DNA from: Alphaproteobacteria bacterium
GTDB taxonomy: Bacteria; Pseudomonadota; Alphaproteobacteria; CAAHEQ01; UBA3637
Direction of reading: 5' to 3'
DNA length: 64,000 nt
Assembly (NCBI GenBank): GCA_045638265.1
Contig: JAZUBA010000044.1
Location: 62,082 to 126,081, forward strand
The position numbers were made by a program, and so were the translations under genes. Positions 9,707 to 19,100 of this stretch are shown here, piece after piece. The notes under the pieces were generated by a model, which saw only the letters and a program-made list of their open reading frames with translations, was not told the origin of the DNA and searched no databases. Within the stretch, counting starts at the first letter, position 1, and every line of letters starts with the position of its first letter.

Positions 9707-10546
9707 ATGAAGTATAATAAAAAATCTTTTTTAGTTTATTCACTCGCATGTTTTGTTATTGTTGCATCAGTTTCATCTGCACATGCTATTTGTTTAGTAA
9801 ACCCCACTATGTGTCCGGTTGAAATGTGTGGTTATCAAACACAGGAAAGTCCTTCGGCACAAATGATGCAAAAAGTAACAACAGGATATAAAACAGCCAA
9901 AAAAGAAATAAAGAGCATTCGTAAGTCTGTGTCGGGTATTATGAAATCTGTAACGGCACTGCCGGGGATTGTCATGGGATTGGCGGCACAAGTTGCCAGT
10001 TTGCCGTTTGAAGCAGTTAGTTCAACGTTGGGTTTAACAGAAGATAAACAAAAAAAAGCGGAAGATGATCCAAACAATGTAACACAATACAACACTCATG
10101 GCATGCAAACCGTTCAAACAAGAATAGACGAAAACTTAAAAACCTATAATACAGAAGCTAACTCTGATTATGACAGTCAATATTTTAATTTGGCACGTCG
10201 GCAATTTATTCGTCAGCAGGCAACGATTACTTTGATGGCACGTGTTGCTGTGTTGAAGAGTTATTTTAAAGATATACATGACGCCATGGAACAAGCAGAT
10301 AAAGAAATTGAAAAAATTTCTGCTCAATCTTCAGGCGAGGCAAGTAATTCCTATAATGAATCATCGGTTGGGAAGATGAATTTGGCATTAAAGCAGGCTT
10401 GGTTTAATTTGTTGACTATCCAGAAACAAGTAGAAGCTGTTAAATTGGAATTTGCTTCAAATCAGGCAATAGCCGGTATGAAAATGACAAAAAAAGTACC
10501 CACGGTAAGTGGTAATAAAGATTCATCTAATCAATCAAAAAAATAA
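9707..10546 (+). CDS. Secreted helical protein, VirB5-like candidate 5
   Basis: Signal peptide ending AHA, Cys-containing mature N-terminus, helical C-terminal bundle. Confidence 0.45.
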   Translation: MKYNKKSFLVYSLACFVIVASVSSAHAICLVNPTMCPVEMCGYQTQESPSAQMMQKVTTGYKTAKKEIKSIRKSVSGIMKSVTALPGIVMGLAAQVASLPFEAVSSTLGLTEDKQKKAEDDPNNVTQYNTHGMQTVQTRIDENLKTYNTEANSDYDSQYFNLARRQFIRQQATITLMARVAVLKSYFKDIHDAMEQADKEIEKISAQSSGEASNSYNESSVGKMNLALKQAWFNLLTIQKQVEAVKLEFASNQAIAGMKMTKKVPTVSGNKDSSNQSKK

Positions 10547-10556
10547 GGGGGATAAT

Positions 10557-12221
10557 ATGAAATATTCAATTTTGTTATTGGCAGGAATTTCATTTGTTGG
10601 GTTAAGTGCTATTTATTCAACACCTGCAACAGCACAATTTGTACAAGCAGAACCGTATGTTGATCCGGATCCGATTCAACCGGCAATCGGTAATTATCAA
10701 GAACCACTGATGCGTGCTATGAAAATACACGACATACAGTATAATATTAATGATTTGCAAAAACTCCTTATTCCGTTAGCTGAAAATGAAAAAGCAAACA
10801 AGGAATTGGCGGAAGCTCAATTAAGTGCTATGGCGGATTGTAATATTCAAAATTTATCCCTGTATTTTAACAATCCGGAAGAGGTATGGTCAAAATTGCT
10901 GGATACATATCAATCTAAAATTAAAGAATTAACTATTCATATTAATAGTGCTGGTTTAGAAGCTGATATTGAATCAGGTAATGCTGAAAATGCAACGGTA
11001 GCAGCTCAATCCATCACGAGTGAAGAAGAAATGGCTGAATCTTATCCCTATTGGCGTGTCGGATATCAGATTTTGATGGATTTATACAATAATCCCGAAA
11101 ATTATGGTTCAACAGATGGAAAAGCAAAATTGCCTTTATGGATAGACCAAAAATACCAATATACAAAAGATGTTGTTGCTTTGTTGACACAAATCAAAAC
11201 ACATTTTTGGATTCATAATACATTAAATGATGTTGCAAATGCAGATTTAGTTCGATTAATTAATCGTTTTTCACAAACAGACGGTATTTTGGATACTTTG
11301 GATTATCAGAAAAATTTAAGTCAATATAATGAGTTGATATCTTATTTGAAAAAGCGTAGAAATTATAGTGAGACAGCTAAAAAAATAGCCAATATTGATA
11401 AGTTTCCACAATTACCGAAACCATTACCGCCTGTATATGAGATTATACAGCCTATGATGGAAAAAAAAGAACAAGAACGGTTGGTGATGTTCCCTCAATG
11501 GCCATCTCCTTGGGCAAGATATATTCGTGAAGGATTAAAGGATAGAGCAAAAAATGGTGAAATGGATACATTCTTTTTGCCAAAAACAATTAATTTACGC
11601 CCTGAAGTTTTGGGTTGGGATTCAACGAAAATTAACAACAGATTGTCAGTTTACCATGAAAAACAAAATGATGTTGACAGTTATACAAAAAGTTATGAAA
11701 CAGCAAAACAAAATGTTGAAAATACTGTTGCAAGCGTTAACGAGAGTTTGAAAGAATTAGGAATTGAGGAAATATTGGATTTGTCTGCTGATGTAACGGC
11801 TTTGCAAAACAAACTGGTTGAATTAAAATTGGCAGAAGTTCAAAAAGCTCGTTCCTTGTTTGAACAAAATGCAGCAACAATTAAAAAAGAAAATTCTGTA
11901 TCTGTTGAAGCGACAACAAAGGACAGTTTAAATGCTTTAGCTAATTTAGATCCTTCGTCAGAAGAATATCAACTATTAGCTACACAAATGAATGCAGCAC
12001 AAGGTTCTCATGATGAAGGGTTAATGGATGATTTGGAAAAAGATAAAAATGGATATGCCATTCAATCTCCGATTGCAACAAATGATCCTGTTCAAAATAT
12101 AGAAGCACAAGAAGCAGAATATGTGTTGCATGCAAAAACTATTGATGCTTCTGAAAAAGAGCGTGAACAGATTAGACAACGAGCAATTGATTTATTGTGT
12201 ATTAATGGTGGTGTAAAATAA
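10557..12221 (+). CDS. Secreted coiled-coil protein of unknown function in the T4SS cluster
   Basis: ATG at 10557 follows a GGGGG RBS (track start 10509 is an upstream extension). Signal peptide ending ATA|Q. One base from the first virB8. Confidence 0.6.
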   Translation: MKYSILLLAGISFVGLSAIYSTPATAQFVQAEPYVDPDPIQPAIGNYQEPLMRAMKIHDIQYNINDLQKLLIPLAENEKANKELAEAQLSAMADCNIQNLSLYFNNPEEVWSKLLDTYQSKIKELTIHINSAGLEADIESGNAENATVAAQSITSEEEMAESYPYWRVGYQILMDLYNNPENYGSTDGKAKLPLWIDQKYQYTKDVVALLTQIKTHFWIHNTLNDVANADLVRLINRFSQTDGILDTLDYQKNLSQYNELISYLKKRRNYSETAKKIANIDKFPQLPKPLPPVYEIIQPMMEKKEQERLVMFPQWPSPWARYIREGLKDRAKNGEMDTFFLPKTINLRPEVLGWDSTKINNRLSVYHEKQNDVDSYTKSYETAKQNVENTVASVNESLKELGIEEILDLSADVTALQNKLVELKLAEVQKARSLFEQNAATIKKENSVSVEATTKDSLNALANLDPSSEEYQLLATQMNAAQGSHDEGLMDDLEKDKNGYAIQSPIATNDPVQNIEAQEAEYVLHAKTIDASEKEREQIRQRAIDLLCINGGVK

Positions 12222-12222
12222 A

Positions 12223-12867
12223 ATGAGGCTGTTTGGCTTTAAAGAAAGTGATATTGTTGTTGGTTCAGGTAAAAGTTTTGCCCAGTTGTGGATGATTATT
12301 GCTTCTGTGTTTTTGGGTATTAATCTTTTCCTGATACTGACATTATTGCAAATAACGCCCAGATTGAAAGTTGTGGCGCAGGTTTTAACAGTAACACCTA
12401 TGAATTCAGGTCAGTTTTTACAAGTTGAACCTTTTGATCAGGAAACAAGTGATAAGAAATTAATTGATGAGATGTTAATTCGTTTTTATATGGATTCACG
12501 TCATAATTCTTTTGGGGATAAACTTGAAATGACATATCGTTGGGGTAAAGGAGGACCTGTTCATCGCTTATCTTCTTCAAAAGTATATAATGAGTTTGCT
12601 GGAAATTTTAAAGAAAAAATAAATGCAGCTTCCAAGCAAAAGTCAACAACGAGTATTCGTATTATGAATATTACAATTCGTCAAAATAATATATATGATA
12701 TTGAATTTGAAAAATATAAATTAACGAAGGGTGTTTTGGAATCCAGACGAAAAAATGCTGTTTTGAAAGTGGCATATTCATCACAATATAAATCAATGGG
12801 ACGTTTACCGATTAATCCCTACGGTATGTATGTTGTGTATTATAACGAAACAAATAAATTGAGGTAA
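12223..12867 (+). CDS. virB8: VirB8-family T4SS protein (copy 1)
   Basis: Single TM, then LIRFYMDSR, VHRLSSSKVYNEF and C-terminal INPYGMYV (NPxG motif). Confidence 0.75.
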   Translation: MRLFGFKESDIVVGSGKSFAQLWMIIASVFLGINLFLILTLLQITPRLKVVAQVLTVTPMNSGQFLQVEPFDQETSDKKLIDEMLIRFYMDSRHNSFGDKLEMTYRWGKGGPVHRLSSSKVYNEFAGNFKEKINAASKQKSTTSIRIMNITIRQNNIYDIEFEKYKLTKGVLESRRKNAVLKVAYSSQYKSMGRLPINPYGMYVVYYNETNKLR

Positions 12868-12948
12868 AATATCAGAAAAAAACTTTTTTGTTGATTCTTA
12901 AAAAATATGTGCTATGATAAGTATAGTTTAAATGAAAGGAATAAAAAT

Positions 12949-13128
12949 ATGAAAAAAAATCTAGTAGCTCTTGCTTTTTTAGCTGTAATTGCTGTTCTTG
13001 CTGCTTGTGGTTCTGTTTATGAAAAAGAACCTGTCGGTGTTGGAGCAGATTATTCTGAATTAAAAAAATCTCCTTGTGCATGCTTAGAAGTTGAAAAAGC
13101 TCCTAAATTGCCAAGTTGGTTTTTATAA
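12949..13128 (+). CDS. virB7: VirB7-like small lipoprotein
   Basis: ATG 12949 after AAGGA, lipobox LAA|C, 59 aa, KSPC motif, located between two virB8 genes. Confidence 0.65.
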   Translation: MKKNLVALAFLAVIAVLAACGSVYEKEPVGVGADYSELKKSPCACLEVEKAPKLPSWFL

Positions 13129-13151
13129 ATTAAAGAGAAATGAGTTAAAAA

Positions 13152-13856
13152 ATGGAACAATTTGAGCAATCAAATAATTCATCTTATGATGTTGTATATG
13201 ATGCTGATAATTCAGAAGAAGCAGCAACCGAGCGGCGCTATCTTTGGATTGCCCGTACGTTTGCTCTTATTTCGGTTGTTTCATTTTTGGGAACACTTAT
13301 TTTATTAATTGCTTTGTTTTCTTTAATGCCGGTTATGCGTGTTCAACCTTTTTATTTGACAACGCTGAACAAAGATCAACAAATTGTTCAAATTCAGAAA
13401 CCTAAAATTGAAGATATTGATATGCAATTATTAACCGAATCATTAATCAGACAATATGTCTTGGCTCGTTTTACGGTTAGTTCTAATATTTCTGAAATGG
13501 TGCGCCGTTGGGGCTTGGATGGCATTGTGAACCAAATGAGTGATCAAACGGTTTTTGCGGAGTTTAGTAGTGCGGCAGAAGATGTGTTAGCTCAAGTAAG
13601 ACAACAAGGCTTAACCCGTTCAGTTCGGATTTTGAATGTTCGTAATCTTGGCTCTGATGCTGGTACAAATAAAAGTGTTTGGGTTGCAGAAATTGAAGTA
13701 ACCAGTATGAAGCAAGGCGATGCGGAACCTGTAAAAAGTACATGGGTAGTGCGTATGCGTGTGTATTATGAGGGACGCACAGGTGCTGTTTGGGAAAAAC
13801 GATTACAAAATCCGCTTGGTTTTAAAGTTGATCGCTTTGGTATACAGGCAAAATAA
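13152..13856 (+). CDS. virB8: VirB8-family T4SS protein (copy 2)
   Basis: TM, LMPVMRVQPF, LIRQYVLAR, C-terminal RLQNPLGFKV. Confidence 0.85.
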   Translation: MEQFEQSNNSSYDVVYDADNSEEAATERRYLWIARTFALISVVSFLGTLILLIALFSLMPVMRVQPFYLTTLNKDQQIVQIQKPKIEDIDMQLLTESLIRQYVLARFTVSSNISEMVRRWGLDGIVNQMSDQTVFAEFSSAAEDVLAQVRQQGLTRSVRILNVRNLGSDAGTNKSVWVAEIEVTSMKQGDAEPVKSTWVVRMRVYYEGRTGAVWEKRLQNPLGFKVDRFGIQAK

Positions 13857-13870
13857 AAGAATAATGATAA

Positions 13871-13907
13871 AAAAACACTTGTTGAGTACCAACGAGTGTT
13901 TTTTTTT
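13871..13907 (+). terminator. Intrinsic terminator after virB8 copy 2
   Basis: aaaaacacttgttg-agtac-caacgagtgttttt stem followed by a T-run. Confidence 0.7.
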
Positions 13908-14359
13908 GATAAATAAGATTCAATTTTTTATAAAAATATCGTTTGACAGATATGTGTTATTCGTTAAACTATTATGTCTATTGTTTTGACTTAAAATCAA
14001 AAAAGTTATTTGATAAAATGAAATAAGTAGAACGTACTGTGTTTGATTTTTTAGTGAAATCAGTTTTTATTTAATACTGATTTGTCAATATAAATATTTG
14101 TTTTGTGTGTTTTGTTAAATAAGTAAAGCAAATTGAATTTTTGTATTTATAACTTGATGTGTTAAAGAGTGTTTTTGTTAATAAAAAGTAAATAAGTATG
14201 GTTAGTTAAACGAAAGAATATGATAAAAGTAGGGATGTGGCCAGAAAATAAAATATTTATAAGAAAAAAAATGCATTAAAGTGCATTTTTTACTAGACTT
14301 TTACCCCTTTTATGGGTTATCCTATGCACAGGATTGTAAATTTTTAGAGGAGAAGATTT

Positions 14360-16090
14360 ATGTATACACACAATTCATATAAAATTTGTTGGTTGACAAG
14401 TGTAGCTTTGGCTACGTTTATTTCAACAGTATCAATGGCACAATCCATTTTGCCGGCAAACATGCAAACAGAACAACTCAATGATGCAGTTGCTCAAACG
14501 AATGGCGAGTTTGAATCTGTTAATTTAGATTATTTAAATTCACTGGGTATGCAACAAAAGGCATGGAATGATCCTTTATCACATATGGGCGAAGGTCAGT
14601 CAAAACCGGGATATTCAAAATATACATGGACTCCGGATGTTGTGTTACCGATTCGTTTGCGTGAAGGCATGATGACGTTAATTAATTTGCCGACTTGGGA
14701 ATTGGTTGAAAAAGTGCATATTGGTTCTCCTGAATCGTTTGGTGGTGAAATTGCTGCACCAAACTCTCTCCTCGTTTATGCTGATCCTTCTTATTTAGGG
14801 GTAGACAGTAATATGATTATTTTTGGCCGTTCAGGTAACAGATATGTATTCTATTTGCGCTCTGAAACATATAATACGGAAAAAATCACTCAGTCTGTTG
14901 TGGATGTTTTGGTTGGTCCAAAATATACGCCGGTTGAAAATGGAGGAAAACTAGGAAATTTTAATGGTGCCACGACAACGGCAGCTGGTACAGGTTCTTT
15001 GGGTGCAGGTGCTCCGAATTGGTCGGGAAGTCGTGGCAACGGACAAAATCCGCAACTTGGATTAAATACGGCATCAACCGGCCCAAAAGATTGGTTGAAA
15101 AATATTCCGGTAGATCCAGAAAGTTTTCATTTTGATATAGATATGTATTTGCCAAATCCGTCAGATGTTGATATTGCACCGGATAATGTATGGAGAGATA
15201 ATATTTTTACATACATTGATTTAGGACCAAAAGCCTTAACAATGACGCAACGTCCAATTGTCAATTTAGTTGTTCAGGATGCTGAAGTCCCTGTTGGTTT
15301 TAGAACCAGTGGCCCGAATAGTCGTTTGATTGTTGTTGAGGGTATTGGTGATATGGTTTTGCGTAACGGTAAAAAGTTAATTTGCTTGAAGTTGCGTAGA
15401 GATCCATCTTCCGGTTTGGAATATACTGATTATAGTGGTTCTCAAAGCAATTCTTTGGTAAAACCGTCAACTATCAGTAAAGAACCGGTAGATATTGTTC
15501 CGGAAACAAAATCTGAAATGCCAAAAGCTCAAAATGCGGAAATGGCAGAAAGTTCTGAAAAAGTAGCACAAAATAATGCAAAACAAATTGAGCAATATTT
15601 TAATCAGGCAAATAATGTGCCAGTTTCTGGAATGCCAATTGCTCAATCCGGCATGATTCAATCTCCTGTGGTATATCAAGGTGCTTCCGTTATGTATGAA
15701 CAAAACATGTCACCACTACCAGCTATTCCGGCAACAGTTATGAATTCTCCAACGGCATCTGCTAATATTGTTAATGTTATGAATGATGTTGTTTCTGCAC
15801 GTCCGGGTGTGTCATCGCCAGTAAGTGATAAAGAAACAATTTCTATTGAATTAGGGACAAATGCGGACATTTCAGAATTAGAATCGATTTGGGAAACGAT
15901 ATACACACAAAATAAAGATACATTAGAGGGATATGAACCATATTATTCTGTTGATACAACGGCAGATGGTAATATGAGAGAATTATTCCGCTTGCGTGTT
16001 GGTCCTGTTAAGGATGTAAAAACAGCAGATAAATTATGTAAAAAATTGGGACGGAAAGGATTCTCTTGTTCTGTTGTGCGGATGCAATAA
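14360..16090 (+). CDS. virB9: VirB9/TrbG-family protein with low-complexity linker and C-terminal SPOR domain
   Basis: Signal peptide, SNMIIFGRSGNRYVFYL, IAPDNVWRDNIFTYID and LRNGKKLIC match VirB9. C-terminal FRLRVGPVKDVKTADKLCKKL..G.SC is SPOR-like. Confidence 0.8.
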   Translation: MYTHNSYKICWLTSVALATFISTVSMAQSILPANMQTEQLNDAVAQTNGEFESVNLDYLNSLGMQQKAWNDPLSHMGEGQSKPGYSKYTWTPDVVLPIRLREGMMTLINLPTWELVEKVHIGSPESFGGEIAAPNSLLVYADPSYLGVDSNMIIFGRSGNRYVFYLRSETYNTEKITQSVVDVLVGPKYTPVENGGKLGNFNGATTTAAGTGSLGAGAPNWSGSRGNGQNPQLGLNTASTGPKDWLKNIPVDPESFHFDIDMYLPNPSDVDIAPDNVWRDNIFTYIDLGPKALTMTQRPIVNLVVQDAEVPVGFRTSGPNSRLIVVEGIGDMVLRNGKKLICLKLRRDPSSGLEYTDYSGSQSNSLVKPSTISKEPVDIVPETKSEMPKAQNAEMAESSEKVAQNNAKQIEQYFNQANNVPVSGMPIAQSGMIQSPVVYQGASVMYEQNMSPLPAIPATVMNSPTASANIVNVMNDVVSARPGVSSPVSDKETISIELGTNADISELESIWETIYTQNKDTLEGYEPYYSVDTTADGNMRELFRLRVGPVKDVKTADKLCKKLGRKGFSCSVVRMQ

Positions 16091-16143
16091 ACAGAAAATC
16101 ACAAAAAGGAATATGGTTTAATTTCTATTAAAGTAGGATAACA

Positions 16144-19100
16144 ATGACAAGAAACAGAGGAACCAGCTCATCAGAGCAATATGCAAAAAAAAGTAATCGG
16201 CTTTTGTTGTTTGTAGGAATATTGGCTATCATTGTTTTTTTTGTATTAATTTTGTTGATGTCTGGAGGCAACAACAAAAAAGCTGAAACTGTGGAAACAG
16301 AAATTTGGGGAGGTGCATCAGATATTGATGATGTTGCTCCAAAACCAAAAGATGTCGATGTTTTTTATCGTGGTGAAGCTAAATTAAAAGCTGATCCGGA
16401 ACAAATCAGTATGGATAGAGTTGTTATTGGTTCTAAAGTGGATGCAATACTTACTTTAACTGCTGAAAATAAACCAATTCAATTTTTGAAAGTTGATTTC
16501 GTACAACAGCAGGCGGATGGTTTTACATTTGATACGACTTGTTCTGCAGATACGATTATTCAACCGGGTGAAAACTGTATTGTTAAAATTATGTGGAATC
16601 CGGTCAAGTTGCAACAATTGCAAAATAACTTGATTGTTACATGGAAAGAATCGTCAACAACTGCTTTCAATGATTTTACAACAAATGTCTTGGTTAAGGG
16701 ACAATCAATTGATTCAGAGTGTTGTGTTACCTGTGAAGATTCGGCAACAAAAAAAGAAGCAGAACCTCGCATGGCTATGGGATTGGATGGTAATCTTTAT
16801 GAAGTAGATAAAGATGGATACATTACGCTTCCTGATGGTACTCGAGTCAAAGTGACTGATAATGGCTTATTCATTGATGAAAACGGTAATATTGTCGGTA
16901 TTATTCAACCGGAATATATCGCTCTTAACATGAAAAACGAAGTTATCGGTAATATTACCCCATCAAACGAAGTGACAAATGCAAATGGCGAAAGCATCGG
17001 AAAATTGTTGGGTGATAAAACAATTGTTGATTCCAAATTAACGGTTTTGGGTGCTGGTGTTCCTGTTTTGCCTGTTATGAATAAACAAGGTGAAGTTGTT
17101 GGAAAAATGACGAAAGATGGAACAGTTGTTGATGCACAAGGAAAAGTAATAGGTAAAGTTTGGGTTGATGGACAGGCAGTTGCATTGGACGGAACTCAAA
17201 TCGGTTACATTCGTCCTTGGGGATTAGTCGCAGACTTTAATGGTAAAATCATTGGTGGTATTATTTCTGATGGTCGAGTCTTTAATGCTAAAAATGAAAC
17301 GGTAGCTCAAATTACACCAGGTGGATTTGCTATTAATACGCAAGGGGAATTAGTTGGTGCTACAATTCCGCAAGGGGTTGCTGTTGGTGCAGGGTGCCAA
17401 TCCTTAGGCAAAGTTTTGTTAAATGGCGACGTTCGAGATTCATTTGATCAAATTATTGGAACGGCATTGATTGACGGAACAATTGTTAATACAAAAAACG
17501 AGGAAATCGGTTCAGTTATTTCGCAAGGCCTTGTTATTAATGAAAGCGGTTCAGTTGTTGGTTTTGTAAACTCTGAAGGAAAAGCTGTCAGTGGACAAGG
17601 TAAAGTTATTGGTTGTGTTAACCCGAACGGAACAATTTCAGCTGGAAAAAGATTGGTCGGTTCTGTTTTGGCAAAAGGACACGTTATAGGCTATTCCTGT
17701 AATTCAATCGGTTCTGTTTTCCCATCTGGCGAAGTATACAATAGTGCTTTAAATGTCGTTGGTAAAGTAATGCCGGATGGTTTTGTCAAAGATGCTGAAA
17801 ACAAAATTATTGGTTTGGTTGTAACACGTGCGGCGGCAGTTGCTAATGGTTGTCGTTTGTTGGGATTGGTTTCAATTACCGGTGAGATTATTGATTTAAG
17901 CAAAAAAGTTGTCGGATGTTTGACACCTGAAAAAACAGTTGTTGATTCTAGCGGTAAAATTGTTGGATCTATTGCTCCACGAGGTGTTGTCTATAAAGAT
18001 GACGGTTCAATTTTGGGTCGTGTTCGCTTAGATGGTAAGGTAATGGATTTGCAAGGGAAGGTCATCGGTTGCTATAATGCAGATGGGACTATTACAACAT
18101 TATCCGGTGAAATATTGGCTCATGGTAAACAAGGTGATGGTGTTATTCTTGATGCTGACGGTAATCCGACGGGCTGGACACGAATCGGTAACGAAATCTT
18201 TGATGCTAACGGAAATAAAATCGGTGAAGTTAACAGTAATAATGTGATTGTAGATGCAAATGGCCGTTATATAGGATTTATACCTGAAAATGGTGTTATT
18301 TTCTCACCGGAAGGTTTGATTATTGGACGTTATTCATCAAAAATCGGTTACGCAGTTAATCAAAACAATGAACGTTTTGGTCGTATATTACCAAATAATA
18401 CGGTTGTGAGTGCTGATACAGGTGAAGTTGTTGGCGGATTAATTCCTGATAATGCCGGATTTATTGATAAAGGTAGTAAATTACTCGGCTATATGAAGGT
18501 TGATGGTACACTAACTGATAATGAAGGTAATATTATTGGTGCTATCAGGGGTGATGGAACAGTTATTGATAAAGATGGTAATGTTATTGGTTATCGTATT
18601 TTAGAAGGCCGTGTTGTATCAATGACCGGTAAAGATGTCGGTACTGTTATGAAAGACGGGACTGTTGTTTCCGGAGAACATACAACAATTGGTCATGTTG
18701 ATGGATTAGGTCTTGCTGTATCTGAAAATGGTAAAATTTTAGGTGCTGTTATGCCAAAACTCGGGTTAGGGTATGATGGTGTTGGCTTATTAGGTTATAT
18801 GGCTCCTGATGGTACTATGACAGACAATAGTGGTAGTGTTATAGGAAAGGCCTTGCCATTTGGATTGATTGTTTCGGCAGATGGCACAGCTATTGGTAAA
18901 TTAAGAGATATGGCTGTTTATGTAAACCAAGACAACAAAACAATTGGTTGGATTTCATTTGAAGGTACATTAAAAGGAAAAGATAACCGTGTTGTTGGGA
19001 ATATTAAGCCGGCCGGTTTAGCTACGGATAAAAATAACAATTTAATTGGCTATGCTATTAACAAGGGCATTGTTGTTGATGGTTCAGGGAAGATGATTTC

